A stretch of 64,000 nucleotides of DNA, from NCBI RefSeq assembly GCF_036321535.1, contig NC_087436.1, positions 81,904,001-81,968,000 on the forward strand, in the 5' to 3' direction. Shown piece by piece: positions 12,103 to 25,858 of the stretch. The notes beneath the pieces are model-generated. The model did no database searches. It saw only the letters and a list, made by a program, of their open reading frames with translations, and had not been told where the DNA came from. Source of the DNA: Camelus dromedarius (Eukaryota). The number at the start of each line of letters is the position of its first letter. Positions within the stretch are counted from its first letter, which is position 1. The translations under genes and the position numbers were made by a program.

Positions 12103-13759
12103 GTATAGAGCAGAAAGCTAAATAAGGTAATACTTGTAAAGTGCTTAGAACAGTACTCAGCACAGAGTAAGCACTCACTAAGTCTTATGTACTACCATTA
12201 CATGTTGAGTGCTGTCCTAGGTCCTGGGATAAAGTGATAAAGAGGACAAAGTCCTTGCACTCACAGAGTTTACATCCCAGCCCATTGTAACTGTAAAGAC
12301 AAAAACATATTTCCGTTCCCCTTGAGTTATATTATGTCCCTGACCTCCATTCTTTCCATGTTACTTTTTTTTTAATCTGTGTCTCTGACTCCTCCCTTCC
12401 TACATATCCCCTTAGGTGCCTGAATTTCTCAAGTCCAGCCATTCTAATCTCTTCCTCTTCAGCCCTGTTGCCAGGGCTATGGTCATGTTCTCATTTCCAT
12501 TCTCTTGAACTCCTATCATAATCTCCTAACTCTTATTTCTGCTTCCAGCACTTATCTAGCTATGTGACCTCAGACAAGTTACTTCCCCCTCTGTAACATT
12601 GAATGAGCTAAAGTATATAGTGTAAGCTTGACACACAGTAAACATTATGTACATGCTTGCTATTAATATGCTTATACGTTAGTATATGATAGTATTGTTA
12701 TTGATACCAGGATGAGATATTTGTATCTTACCACAATCTCCAGCTTAGTGACTTTTAGAAAAAATGTTGAATGGCTAATTGGATAGCTAACTAGCTCTTC
12801 TATAAATGCTGTCTTCTGAGAACCAGTGTCTTTATCTTTTCATGGACCCCTGTGTATGAATCATCATTATCAAAAGCACCCACTTTACAAGAAACCATCC
12901 TGGCTTGTTAGGCTACTATGCTAAGGGCAGGGAATAGATTTTCTCTGTGCTGTCCGTCAGGAACAGGTAAGTACCAAGAACTTTGATACAAATAGGGCCT
13001 AGGCAAAGATCACAAAACCAAAAATTCCTCTGGAAGTTAAATAAATATGTAATAGAAGTGAGAGGTAGATCAAAAGCACTTTTTAAACTTCTAATGCCTG
13101 ATTTCTTTTAGGCCTTGGGCTTGCTGATCTTTAACAGAAGGTACTTGTCAGTTGGACTACATGGGCCATTGTAGTCTCCTTTTTTTCTAATTAAATAAAA
13201 AGCAAAGGAAAACATGAAGGCCAGATACTTGCCTATTTCTGAATGATCATTCGTTGTATGACCTTCTTTCTGCACAATGTGTGTAACTAAACCGAAACCC
13301 ATTTACTGCTGTTTATCAACTAGATGAACTACGTGCTGTCAGTGAATGGCAGTGTTACTGTATAAACTTAATTTCACCTTGGCATCACTGCTCTTCTTTC
13401 TGCCTAGTCTCTTCAGGCTATGCCAAAAGTAGAAACTCTTAACTTATCAATAATGTGTATGGAAGTATTGTCCACTTTTACTCTATAGGTGATTTTGGGA
13501 TAAATGTAAAAGGGAAGCATTTTTCTTTGTATTCTTTAAGAACTTTTTCTCAAATATTAATATTTTTCTAATATTAGGTACCAGATATTATTATGTATTA
13601 TTTTAACAAAGATCTGACATACGTGGAGTTATTCCTTTAACAAAATTTTAAATGATTTATAAAAGATTAAAAGTTTCGAACCCATAAAGCACTATCCTAA
13701 TAAAATGGCAATTATCATTTCTGCATGTTTTTCCTATATGTAGATAATTCATATCTATA

Positions 13760-14319
13760 TGTATTAAGCAGAGGTCTTCAGAGAAACAGGATCAGTATGA
13801 TATATGTGTGTGTGTATGAGTTTGTATGTATGTATAAAGAGAGATTTATTAGCTCATATAATTATGGAAGCTGATAAGCTCCAAGATCTGCAAGGTGAGT
13901 CAGCAAGCTGAAGCCCCAGGAGAGCCAATGCTGCAGTTCTAGTCTGAGAACCAGGAGAACTGGTGGTGTACTCTGAAGACCAGCAGGCTGGGGACCCAGA
14001 AAGAGTTGATGTTTCAGATCAAGTCCAAAGGCAACAAACAGCTGATGTCCTAGTCTGAAGGCAGTCAGGCAGAAAGAATTCTTTCATACCTGGGGTTGGG
14101 GCGGGGGGTAGTGGTAAACCATTTTGTTCTACTCAGGCCTTCAAATGATTGGATGATGACCACCTACATTGGGGAGAGCAATCTATCTTGCTCAGTTAAC
14201 CAATTTAAATGTGACTTTCATCCAAAAACACTCTCACGAAAACACCCAGAATAATGTTTGACTAAAAATCAAGGCATCCCCTGGTCCAGTCAAGTTGACA
14301 CATAGAATTAATCATTACA
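13760..14319 (-). mobile_element. MLT2 (ERVL) solo LTR
   Basis: TG...CA termini; ends ccagtcaagttgacacatagaattaatcattaca (reverse complement of the MLT2 5' end); 5-bp TSD CTATA/CTATC. Confidence 0.85.
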
Positions 14320-14523
14320 CTATCTACATAAATGACCAGCAAATGTATAATTGTATATCCTCATTTTAGGAATGATGTTATTAATTGTATATAGTTATGT
14401 ATAAAATTATTAATATATAACTCATTTAGCATACTGAGAAGTAAATATAATAAAGAGTCTTAAATTACTGCCAGTATCTCAAAGGATTACAAATCAAAAT
14501 TTTTGTATATATGAGTATGCAAT

Positions 14524-14609
14524 TAATCATTTTTGCTAACGGTATAAAAAATGTTTTTCATATATGAGGCCTTTTGAAAAGGTGTTCACATGTGCGGTTC
14601 TTTGAAGTC
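14524..14609. repeat. Left arm (donor) of an 86-nt inverted repeat pair
   Basis: Its reverse complement matches 16523-16608 at 81/86 positions, ungapped. Confidence 0.95.
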
Positions 14610-14669
14610 TAAACAGAAACATGATACAAATAGCCTGCGGCATGCTGTCTTGACCTTCATGCACATTTA

Positions 14670-15290
14670 ATTGAATTCAGCAGGCATGTATTGAATATCT
14701 GCTGTGTTCAAGTGCTCTGTTAATTGTTATCAAGGATATTAAGATGTGTGAAAAAGGCTCCCTCAAGGAAGACAAACAAGGACACATCTTGACTATATTA
14801 CAGGTAGTGTTAGTTAACTGTTATTAACAATATATATAAGTCATAACTATCATATAAGAGAGGAAGCTTTATCCTTTTTGAGAAAATGTATATAGCATTT
14901 GTAACAGATAACATCATCTCTGGACTACCGATAATAGGTAGAACTTTTATTGACCGATGAAGAAAGAAATTCCTAGTAGAAAGAACTGCTCAAGAAAAGC
15001 TTGGAAAGAGAAAGATTTATTTTGCCAATAGAGAATTATTTAGTGGTTCTGAGGTTTTTCTGTTGTGATAGGAGAAGGAGTGATAATAGAAAGAATACTT
15101 TAAAATCTGCCTGGAAAATGGAGATAGAGGCAGGTCAGAGTGAGTCTTGCGTATCATAAAGAATTTGGACTTTTGAAAATTGGGAGCCATGACAGTATTT
15201 GAAAAGAGGAACAACTTTTTCTAGTCTGTAATTTAGGAATAATTTAGGAGGCAATGTTAGGAATAGATTAAAGTGCTGTAAGATGAAAAG
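14670..15290 (-). mobile_element. L2 LINE fragment
   Basis: attcagcaggcatgtattgaatatctgctgtg... followed by purine-rich ataaagaatttggactt...tgggagccatg; decayed L2. Confidence 0.6.
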
Positions 15291-15934
15291 GATGCCCAAT
15301 TTTATTTGTATTTACCTCAACCTATTTCTAAAGAAGATTTAAGACAGTTTGTCAGATTAAAAAATACAGGTGAGAAATTAAGAGCAAAATAAAAATAAGG
15401 ACAAGAAAATAAGATGACACTGGAGTAAGACTGGTGCAAAAAATGTACATGGTAAGATTATGCAGCATTAGTAGAGATGGGCTAGAAGTCTAGCTCTCAA
15501 TCTCTCTTAACAGGAGGAAAAATGGAAAATGATTACTTACGAGGAGTAACTCTCCTTACTTTCATCTGATCATCTTGCTTCCTGTTTCACAGGGTTAAAA
15601 AAATAGAAGCAATCAGGAAAGACTTCTCCCAGGATTCCACAGCTAGATTATCCACATAAATTTTCATATTCTTTGCTTCCTTACTTCAGAACTGTCTGTG
15701 CTTCTGTAAAGCTAACTGCTTCATTTGTGCAGTAGCTATCATCTCCTCCCACCTACTCAAGTGTTCTGTCAACCGTCTCCTGTCTCCCCTGCATTTCCAC
15801 TTTTCCCTGTTGGATCATTCCTACCAGCATAAAATATGTTGTCATTTTTCCAATCTTTAAGAAGCAAACAAACAATGAAAAAGGAATCTTTTCTGACCCT
15901 TTTCTCCATCTACTGCCCTGTCCATTCTTAATAA

Positions 15935-16630
15935 GAAAAATGCTAGTCAAAACTGCAAAGAGATTTGTTTTTTCTCTCAGTTTGGCAAAAATCCAAAACT
16001 TCATAACACATTCTGTGGATAAATCTTGTGAAAAAACCTCTCATACCTTGCTGGTAGAAATGCAAAATGATACAACTTCTGTGGGGAAGAATCTAAGAAA
16101 ATGTATCAAAACTACAGGTGATTTACTCTTTTAACCATGACCTCAGGGAGTCAATTAAAGAGGAGTACCTGCTTGTGCTAAATGACATTATCAACAAGGC
16201 TGTTTGCTAAAACATTATTTATAATAGCAAAAGTTTAGTAAAATTCTAATTGCCCATTAATAACAGACTGGTTAAATAAACAATGCTGTAGTCACAAAAT
16301 GGAGTTCTATTCAGAAGTAAAAAGAATGAAATCTTATCTAAGCACTGGCATGGAAATACCTCTCTTGTTAAATTAAAACTGCAAATTGCTGAGTAATTTT
16401 TTAAAGTTCTTACCTTTTGTAAAAGAAGGAGCAAATAAGATTATACATATTTGCTTGAGTTTGCATATGGAAGCTTTAAAATAAATAAAATAATAAAAAT
16501 GATTACTCATAGTGACGGGCTGGACTTCAAAGAACCGCACATGTGAACACATTTTCAAAAGGCCTCACATTTAAAAAACATTTTTTATACTGTTAGCAAA
16601 AATGATTACCCATAGTGATGGGGGGGAAAG
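15935..16630 (+). mobile_element. Old L1ME 3' fragment, interrupted near 16520 by the templated insertion
   Basis: ctctcataccttgctggtagaaatgcaaaatgatacaacttctgtgggg...acattatttataatagcaaaa...gactggttaaataaa. Confidence 0.75.
16523..16608. repeat. Right arm (inserted copy) of the 86-nt inverted repeat pair
   Basis: Inverted copy of 14524-14609, bracketed by a 25-nt direct repeat (16495-16519 and 16598-16622). Confidence 0.95.
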
Positions 16631-16816
16631 TCTGTTCTGATAATTTCCAGTCTTATTTTCTGTTTTAAGTTCTCACATACATTTATGCAAAATATGAAAT
16701 GATAATCTTCTCAAATCATTTGTTATACTATCTTTGGAGGAAAAAGTTATGAATATATAGTACTTGCTAAATTAAATTTTTACCATAAAATGATTTTTTA
16801 AAAATTCTGTTCCTAG

Positions 16817-16882
16817 ATCCATATTTATTCTCTTGGAATGACATTGTATTGGGGAGCTGATCATGAAGTACCTCAAAGCCAA
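16817..16882 (+). CDS. PTPN13: PTPN13 exon 4 (66 nt), KIND domain
   Basis: cctag|ATC...CAA|gtaagt; IHIYSLGMTLYWGADHEVPQSQ; phase 0-0. Confidence 0.95.
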
Positions 16883-19030
16883 GTAAGTCAAGTCATCACA
16901 TCTGTACAACTTTCCACCCTTTCAAAAGCTCTTCCATGTATTTATATGTGTTTTACAGTGTGTTGTCAGGCACACCAGCATTTCTATACTGGTTGTTCAC
17001 ATTAATAATGTTACACTCTCAGAATGAGATAATAATAAAATACTAAAGGAATTATTTTTCTTTTACTATTTTTAGAATTATAGCAGTCAGTGCCCGTGTC
17101 TCAACTATTCAGTCTGTGCGGTGTAGTAGCCTCTTCAAAATTATAGCAAGAGAAGTGAGAGTCCACTTTGTTTCTTCAAAGTTAATGACTGATAAAGAGG
17201 GATTGTAAATGTCTATGGTGATTCATTCTTGAACAGAAAGTGATAACCTTTCTTGATGCAAAAACTGTAGGCATAGTAGCTCTATATCTCTGTAGAGTTT
17301 ATACTTCATTACTTTGTTCTTTTGTCACTTCAAAATCATACTTCCCTGCCCCTGCGGCAGCAGACACATACTAAGGTAAAGCTTTATGGGGTCTTAGGCT
17401 CTGGTGATCACTAGGCTGCTTCTAGTCTTTATTTTCTAAAGTAACTGCTTCCTGAAGACACAATATAAACATGGTAATAAATATGTAATCAAAAAGTAGT
17501 ACATTAACAGTAGTAAATAATAATCAAAGATTTAAAAATAACTCTAGTTCATCAAAGATATAGCATACAGAATTAAGTTTTATTTTAGCCATTTAGAACT
17601 CAAAACAAAAATAACGAGGAGTATGTGTGTGTTTATCAAATTAAGAAGCAATAAGCATTTTAGGCTTTTATTCTAAAATTCAGCCATATTAAGATCCATG
17701 AAAGATGAATGATAGTCTTCAACTTGGTTTGGTTTCATTTTATATCATGAAAAATACTGTGTATTTACTTTCTGTCCTCAGTTTCAGTTCTACAAATGTC
17801 AGTGAGAAAGCTAAATTATTGCTGGAAATATTGGTGTCATATTCTATACAAACTTAACTCACACGTAAAATGTAATCACAGCCTATAATTAATACTTTCT
17901 CTTTTGTGGTAACTGAAAATGAAGTCATACATTTGTAATGTATAAATTGGAAGGGAAGTATAAACTTTTACTTCTATTTTACTATCAGAAATCATAATCA
18001 TTTTTGGGAAATATTTAATATTAACCCAGAAATATTTACTAAGCACCTACCTTATGTCAGACTTTAATACCAGACACTAGGAATATAATGTCCCAGGCCT
18101 GTAGAATCCATTCATGGAATCAGACAACTAAATAACCAATTACACTGCATTGTGAAGAATTCTGTGTTGGGGAAAATGGAGGATGCTATGAAAAACCAGA
18201 GTAGGAGCCTCTAGCTAGACTTGGAGAGTTAGGATAGGTTTATTAAAGGGCGTTGCATCTAAGATGAGCTCTAAAGGATGGCATAATACCCAAATGGATG
18301 AGAAGTGGAAGGGAAGACTCACAGGGAAAGTGTATTTTTAAACCAAAGTGGATGTACCAGTGCAGACTCCCATCAGCAATGCTCTCTGCCTCACCACCAC
18401 TTCAATATTATCAATCTCTTTATTTTTAGCCATTCTATTGAGTCTGTAGTGGCTTCTTTTTATGGTTTAAATTTGCGTTTCTTGGTATGCTTATTGGATA
18501 TTTAGATATAATATTCCATAAATTATGTCAACTAATTTAAAAAAGATCTCACAATCTGGCTTTTGTTTCACCAGCATAATGAAAACTTATATTTAAATAA
18601 CCTTGAGTCATTGCAATATTTGAAATCTCTTCTAATTTATCATGAGAGTGTCAAGTTATATCAAACACATTGTTTACGGAATGTTAGGAAATTATTTAAT
18701 TCCTCAAAATAATGTATATATATAAACTGCTTACTAAAATACTTGAATAACCAAAAAAAATTCCATTTCTTTATCATAACAAAAAACCCAGAGTTTTTTT
18801 TATAATACTTCTTATCTGGGAAAGATAGATGTTAACCATCTTCTGCTAATAGTTTTTTTGGATTATGAAAAGATAAAATGCAGTAAAAATATATATGCTA
18901 CTAGATCAGGAATTCATTTGAATTTGAAATATGTTGGGTGTGGTTTGTGTGACTCTTGGAATAGCTTATCTCATGTTAGTTAGATTTACTCACACTTTAT
19001 CAACATGACCTTTTCTTGCTTTGTATTCAG

Positions 19031-19216
19031 CCTATTAAGCTTGGAGATCATCTCAACAGCATACTGCTTGGAATGTGCGAGGATGTTATTTACGCCCGGG
19101 TTTCTGTTCGGACTGTCCTGGATGCTTGCAGTGCCCACATCAGGAATAGCAATTGTGCACCTTCATTTTCCTACGTGAAACAGTTGGTAAAACTGGTTCT
19201 GGGAAATCTTTCCGGG
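19031..19216 (+). CDS. PTPN13: PTPN13 exon 5 (186 nt), KIND domain C-terminal part
   Basis: ttcag|CCT...GGG|gtaagc; PIKLGDHLNSILLGMCEDVIYARVSVRTVLDACSAHIRNSNCAPSFSYVKQLVKLVLGNLSG (within ORF 19016..19288). Confidence 0.95.
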
Positions 19217-20334
19217 GTAAGCTACAATTCTGATAGTGCATATAGTCATATTTTAAAATTTAGTAGCATTTCACAAAATTTTCTTTAAAGATGCTATATG
19301 GCTGGCATTTTCTCAGTTAAGACTAGGAGCAGGAGATGGAATTTCATGTTCTAATGTTAATTGCTTATTTGAAACAGTACTTAAAATTTAGAAGCCCAGT
19401 GCAATAATTTAGTCTCCTAGATTTTATGAGAGTTAGTCCTTTTTTTTTTTTTAATTAAAGAACTTTATTCTGGCAAGTATCAGAGAATCACAGCATGTTA
19501 GAGCTGAGAATGTCTTCTTGCCTCTTTTCTTACATCTTTTCATGGAGCTCTCAGTAAGTGGTTCTATCTGTTGTGAAAATCGTATGGACATGCAGAATGG
19601 GTTTCAGAATTACTTAAATTCACTTTCTATTGCTTTATACCTCTTTCTTACCCATTTGTTAGTCTGGACCCTCCCCACCTTCCTCAGACATTGACACCTG
19701 GTATATAAAGGGGAAGCATGCTAGATTGCCGCAAGACCAGGACTCCTCCATTTTCCTCTTGTCTTGGATATGAAGCATCCCAGGAATAACAAACTGTGTA
19801 TCTAATAGCCCCACCTCTGCACTCCTTAAGTTATATAGCATCGTATTTGCTCTAGTTTGGGTACTCCTTGGTTTTTTGATATGTGGTCTAGATCTAAACT
19901 TTTTCTGCTCTTACCCTTTCGGGTATCGTGCCTGAGTCCCTCTGCTTTGTGTGGACTGTGGATTTGCCACTGTCATGCAGGATTCTTGCTGGCTTCCTCT
20001 TAAGTCCTCATTCCTAGGGGTTTGGTTCTGCCATCTTACCCAGGATGTCATATGGCTGACAGAGGTATATCCAAGTTCCACGAAACAGACTCCTCTAGTC
20101 TTCTAGGCGAGTGGTTTGTAAAATGCACCCCGTGGAGCCCCTTGTGGTTTTGGAGTGACAGGAATGCAGGTAGTAGAGGCTGAGTGAGTGAAGGCGGTTC
20201 TTGGCTGCTTATTTTCCCTCTTTAATTAGAGCTGCTCCAATTCTGTTTGATTTATTTGTTTATATTCCTACATGTGATTTTTCTTTTGAATAAAGGTAAA
20301 GCCACTAAAGACCTATGAAAACTCTTTATTAGGC

Positions 20335-20592
20335 CGAAGTTTCCTGCATATTTTCAAATATCTTTTGTTTAAAAAAATCCTTATGATCAAATAAACATGA
20401 GGGAAAACTACTTAAGGGAAATTAAATACATTTTCACTGCACAACTTCTTAGAGCCTTACACTGCATTGTGTTACTAACCTTCAAGAGGGATAGGCATGC
20501 AGGTGAAACATTTCTCAAACTTATTTGGGCCTTTTTTCACAGATCTTCCCATAATACTAATGTTATGTAAAACTCCCTTTGAGAAATGTTGA
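20335..20592. mobile_element. hAT MITE, MER113-like
   Basis: ccttatgatcaaataa...actgcacaacttcttagagcctt...ttcaagagggatagg...catttctcaaacttattt...tttgagaaatgttg. Confidence 0.55.
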
Positions 20593-21389
20593 TCTGTATA
20601 CTAACTCCTTCACTTTATGAATGAAGAAGTTGAGACTCACAAAGCTATCTATCAGTGCAAGAATCTTATTACATCATACTTCCTCTAAGACTTTGGTCCT
20701 GTTTGCTGATTTTACTGCTATAGTAAAATTGCTGGAAATATTTTTTTCTTTGGTCTTTCCATGAAGAAATACTCCTCTGTGAAATTCTATTATCCATCCA
20801 GTAATTGCCTAAATTAGATAAGAGGTCTCCATCCCTTTAAGTTTAGTGTTTAGTTCTGTTTATTACAGTAACTTTTTATTGCTCATCTACATTGTAACCT
20901 GTGCTAACACTGTAGGAGATATAAATTTAAATAAAATATTTGCTCTGTCTTCTAAGAGCTCATATTTAAAGTTCTGCAACCATGTGCTTAATTAAAAAAT
21001 GCAAAGAAAGGTATGAAAGGTAGCAGTAAAATCGTTAAAAGCAATGAGAGTTTGAGGAGAAAGAATACAAGTAATGACCATATTGCAAAATAAAACTTTG
21101 AACTAGATCCTGCAGCCGACATAGAAAGAGTAATCCAGGTAGAGGGAAGTAAACTTGGAGAAATGCTGTGAAATGGGAAAGAGCAGGATGTTTGAGGAAC
21201 AGTAAAAAGTTTGACGTGGGGTATGCTGAGGGGTTGTTTAGTGGGAGGATGAACAGAAAGGTCAACTTGAATTGGCATATAGAAAGCCCACCTTTCTAGG
21301 GGCAGGTTTCTAAGAACAAATAATAATGCTCCTCTCATCTTTCCATTGCTCTTACTAGTCTCTTGAACATCATTGGACAGAAGTAACTC

Positions 21390-21635
21390 TGACAGCTACT
21401 ATTTTTTAAGTGTTTACTTTGTGCCAGGCACTGCACTGTGTGACCTATGTGCTTTTTCACATTTATTCATCATAACAACCGCAGGTTAAAAGAGAGTGTC
21501 TCTAAAATGAAGATGAGATTATGAAGCTCAGAATGATTAAATAACTTGCCCATGATCACACACGTGGTAAATGGCAGAGACATGACTGGAATCTGGATCT
21601 CTGTGACACCAAAGTCTGTGCCGTTAGCCCCTCTG
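21390..21635 (-). mobile_element. MIR SINE
   Basis: agtgtttactttgtgccaggcactg...gattaaataacttgcccatgatcacacacgtggtaaatggcagag. Confidence 0.8.
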
Positions 21636-21954
21636 CTTCTCTGAAGCTGCTGTTGCCTGCAGTAGCTGACAGAATGCGTTAGTCTTTCACTCAGTGTGAA
21701 ATCCATTGCAAGGGACCGTAATCCTACTTCCTTAAAATTAATTAGCATAGAGTAAAAGTCAGCAGGCCAGCTTACTTGTCCTGGTTCTTCCACTGTTTAA
21801 TGTTTAACATCTTTGACTTCAGTTTTACTTATCTGTAAAATAGGAATTGTACCACCCACGTTACTTAACGCTGGTGAAGATAATTATTTCAATGTTGGTA
21901 AGCTTCTTCAAGGTCCTTAGAGTTTTCTTACTATTTCTCCCTTTATTGTAATAT

Positions 21955-22080
21955 AAGGATAATAATAATATATGCCACATGAGGCTTTTTCAAGATTAAA
22001 TAATGTAAAATATGTAAGCACTTAAGGTAGTGCCTGCCTTATAGTAATCACTCAATAAATGACAGCTATTATTACTAATA
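21955..22080 (+). mobile_element. MIR 3' half
   Basis: ggataataataata...gattaaataatgtaaaatatgtaagcacttaaggtagtgcctg...cactcaataaatgacagctattatt. Confidence 0.7.
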
Positions 22081-23096
22081 GTGTCAACGCAGGAATTCTC
22101 AAAGATACGGGATAGTATCTCTTCACTTACTGACAATATAGTACAGTCTAGATTAATATCATTTATGTAATTTAAATGATGGCATCATTTCAGAAATATT
22201 TCCATTTAGGTCTTCTTACTAGGAAGCATAATACCTTGAATATACTACCTTAAATGGATTTTTAATTCATACTTACACAAGTTTCACAAATGGAGGAATA
22301 TTAAAAGGTGTATGTGTGCAAGCAGATATGTATGCTTGCTTATGGTGCCAGATTTAAGTAATTTCTCCTCACCGTTTTCTCTTCTTCCACTTATTTCTTA
22401 AAGTTTCTACTCAAATTGATCATTTGAATAAACTCAGTATTCTGTCTAACATTTCACCCCTTGTAATGTGGAATTTGACCTAATTTGACGTGCTATATTA
22501 AACAAGGACCCTCAGTTTAAGTAATTAAAGTTTAAGACTACTTAAACATTTTGTTCTAAATAAGTCTCAAAATTGATTTAAATTTGTCATCCTTCAGTAT
22601 GTCCATTTAGTTTAAAGCATTTCTCAAATATAATTTCTGGCAGGCAAAGTCTAGAAAATTACTTTTGAAAATAATTTAAATCAGTACTCTCAATGCATAG
22701 TTACAATCAGGAGAAAGCTTTATTATATCAGAATTAGCATGGTTTTAAAATTACAATCAAACCTGAGAGATGAATATAGTTATCAGTTTAGAAAAAAAGA
22801 ACACTTGAAGTTTGCTGTTTTGAAATGGAACTCATTTTAACTACTTTATTTTAACTACTTTGGCCCTAGTTAGCAGATTACTCTTTGATAACTGTTTCTT
22901 ACCTTTTATTTTTTGAGGATGAATTGGACAGACCTTATCCAAGGAGTATGTATTAATAATAGCAAACGTAGAATGTTTTTACTTGAATGTTACACACTTC
23001 ACAAATTATCTAACTAGTGTCATTCTGTAGGTAATTTCCATGAAAACAAAAGAGAGATTCTTTTGTCAAACTTGACTTTTGGTTACCCTTGTACAG

Positions 23097-23184
23097 ACGG
23101 ATCAGCTTTCCCGTAACAGTGAACAAAAACCTGATCGAAGCCAGGCTATTCGAGACCGATTGAGAGGAAAAGGATTACCAACAG
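23097..23184 (+). CDS. PTPN13: PTPN13 exon 6 (88 nt)
   Basis: tacag|ACG...ACAG|gtaaga; TDQLSRNSEQKPDRSQAIRDRLRGKGLPT(G); phase 0 to 1. Confidence 0.95.
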
Positions 23185-25858
23185 GTAAGAGTACATAAAT
23201 AGGAAATGTTTAGGCTTTAACCTTAGTTATTGTTTCCTTTACAAAATCATGCTTACCTAGCTTGGCAGTCTGGTAACTGTGACCATTATGGTCAGAAGTG
23301 TGCAAAGTGGAGACAGCAAACATACAGGAACACTAGGTGCATTAATATATAAATCTGTGATAGTTATACAGAAAATGTTAATAATACTGTCAGGACTCCC
23401 ACAGTAAATCATTTGTTTCCTAATATTGTTATTACAGAAATAATATCATTTATTTACTTACTCATGGTATTTTGTATTAAAATACATTTTAAAGCACAAA
23501 GAAACAAAAAATACACTTGTGAATATAAATGATACTGAAACAGAAATTTCAGAATGCAGCATTCTTGTACACATTGTTACTTTCTATTCAGTTTCTTTTT
23601 TTAATGCTAATCACAACCCACTAAATTGATTTTATGACTAACTTCATGATTTGCAGTTATCAAATACTATCTTAGATTATATAATGCTTATTAAATAAAA
23701 ACTGATGAAGAGTGATTTTGCTATTTGCCAGTACTGTTAGATAATTATGGGTCCTACATAATTATTAAATTGATTTTTTAAGGAAATGAACAGAAATCCC
23801 AAACACATGAAATGAAAGTAGTAAAATTTTAAATTTCAATCTTGGCTTATTTATAAAATAAACTTTCGCTTTTGCTTATTATTTTTGTTCTCTTTTCTTC
23901 TCATCAAGCAATATTGATAATTATGATAATTTAAACATTAGCAAGAATATTTTATGGGTGAAATATTTTATTGTCTTAAGTCTTAGAGCTGGAGATAAGT
24001 AAATGTAAATATTGCTTAAATATATTCTAATAAAATATTCTAATTTTTACAGTCAGATTAAAAAGTTAAGATGTTTAACTAATTAGATAATCAGAGCAGA
24101 GCTATCATATTTAAAATCTGTGAGGAACTTTCACTGTGGAAACTAAACACAGACATTTGATTATCTGGACCAAATGTTTTGAAGAATGCAGAGCTCTCAT
24201 GTCTGAGAGGGAAGAATGTGTCCTAAGCAAGTATACTACTTATCTTAAGAAGTCAAAGAAAAGCTATAAAATCATTTCTGTGGAGTAATTCTGTAATAGT
24301 GCAGTTAGTTAAGTGTCTGTTTTAGTACTTTCATTTTACTTATTTTGAATAAGGATTGTTTTTCTGAAGAAGTATCTTAGCTTTCATGTCATAAATATAA
24401 TCAATTTACTTCAGATTGCATAAGGCTCTGTTTCTAAGACATTTATTATTATTTGTGTGTGGCTCAGGAAAAAAGGGAAGAAGGCAGACTTGTTTAACTT
24501 AGTTTTTACAATACTTTGATCTAATTTTTAAAAGTATTTTTAACCCTTTCTTTTGTTTCCTTAAATCCTCATGTATATAGACACATCTTTCTCTCATAGA
24601 TAAAAGTCTTGTTTTCTCTTATCTTAAAACCAGACTAGGACTTGAGATACGATAACATGTGAGCTTTGGAGCTAAGAATAGAAACACTTTAATCCTTCAA
24701 AGTTTCAATCACTCTCCTGTTTTAGAACTAAATGGAGTCTTTCTCAAGGAGACATGATGAATAATTTAATAAGTAAACATTAGGTTTTAAAGAAATGATT
24801 TCTGTTTCTCTTATTTATCATCTTTCTAGTTTTCTCCGTCCCTCCTCCTATCTCCTTTTATCTCTCTCTCTCCCTTCCTCCTGGCTTCTTTATTTCTTTT
24901 TCCTATTCTTCCTCTTTCCGAAGTTCCCTTGTCATCTCCTCCTGTCATTAAGTGGCCGCGCTATGGAATTGAAGTTTGTTTGCTTGTGACTTGTTGAGTT
25001 AGTAAATATAATGTTACATTATTGTTAATTTTTAAAGATAGTTTGTTTCTCTAAGAGTAAAAAATGTTCCTGTATATATGACACCCCCATTCTGTCCCTA
25101 TTCATCATGAATCTATAGACTCTAAAGTAAAGAATGACCCTGCCATGTTTAGTTTCTCGAAGTTTAAAGACTAAGAAGCATCAACAAAGTTTGGATTATA
25201 TTACTTTCAATGATTCAAAATCTTACTGTTACAGACATTAATTATTACCTAACACTTTAGAGTTAGTAATTAGAGATTGAACTGAATCTATGCCAACTAT
25301 ATAACATACTTAAAATAGCAGGTTATGTACTCATCATTTACATATATACATAATTTATGAAGCCATATGTAGATGCTAGGGATGGGAAAACTTGATACGT
25401 TAAGCACATTCGTTTTTGTAGGTGTTAAATTTAACATTTGTTGATTGACTGGAGATGAAAAAAGTTCTATAAAAATATTAGATACAATAATATATTTATA
25501 ATACAATTTTAATGATTCCAAAAAGAAATCTGTGACACTCTTATGATTTATTTTTTCAGATAACCTATTTTGAATGTTAAGTTGTATGCAGAGTAAAAAT
25601 TAAAAAATAAACTGTAGTTCACCATCTTGGCTCATGTTATTAGACTATTTTCTTATAACAACAAATAGATCTGAAGTTTTAAACCAAATTATTAATGTCT
25701 TTCCTTTGTAACTTTGTTTTTATAGTATTAAGACTTAGTATTATTGTCTAATAATGCTTTAAAATTCTGTGACTAAACAGACTGTACAAATGCGAATGAA
25801 TAGAATTGACTGTTGCAACTTAAGAAAATTAGCAGAGAAATCTTTAAATAGACTGTCC

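Noticed and set aside
14091..14115. G-rich run as a G-quadruplex
   Set aside because: Only three full G-tracts plus GG, inside an MLT2 LTR, with no supporting context.
19700..19712. TATATAAAG as a promoter
   Set aside because: An isolated motif in a probable decayed LTR-like stretch I could not classify; no other support.
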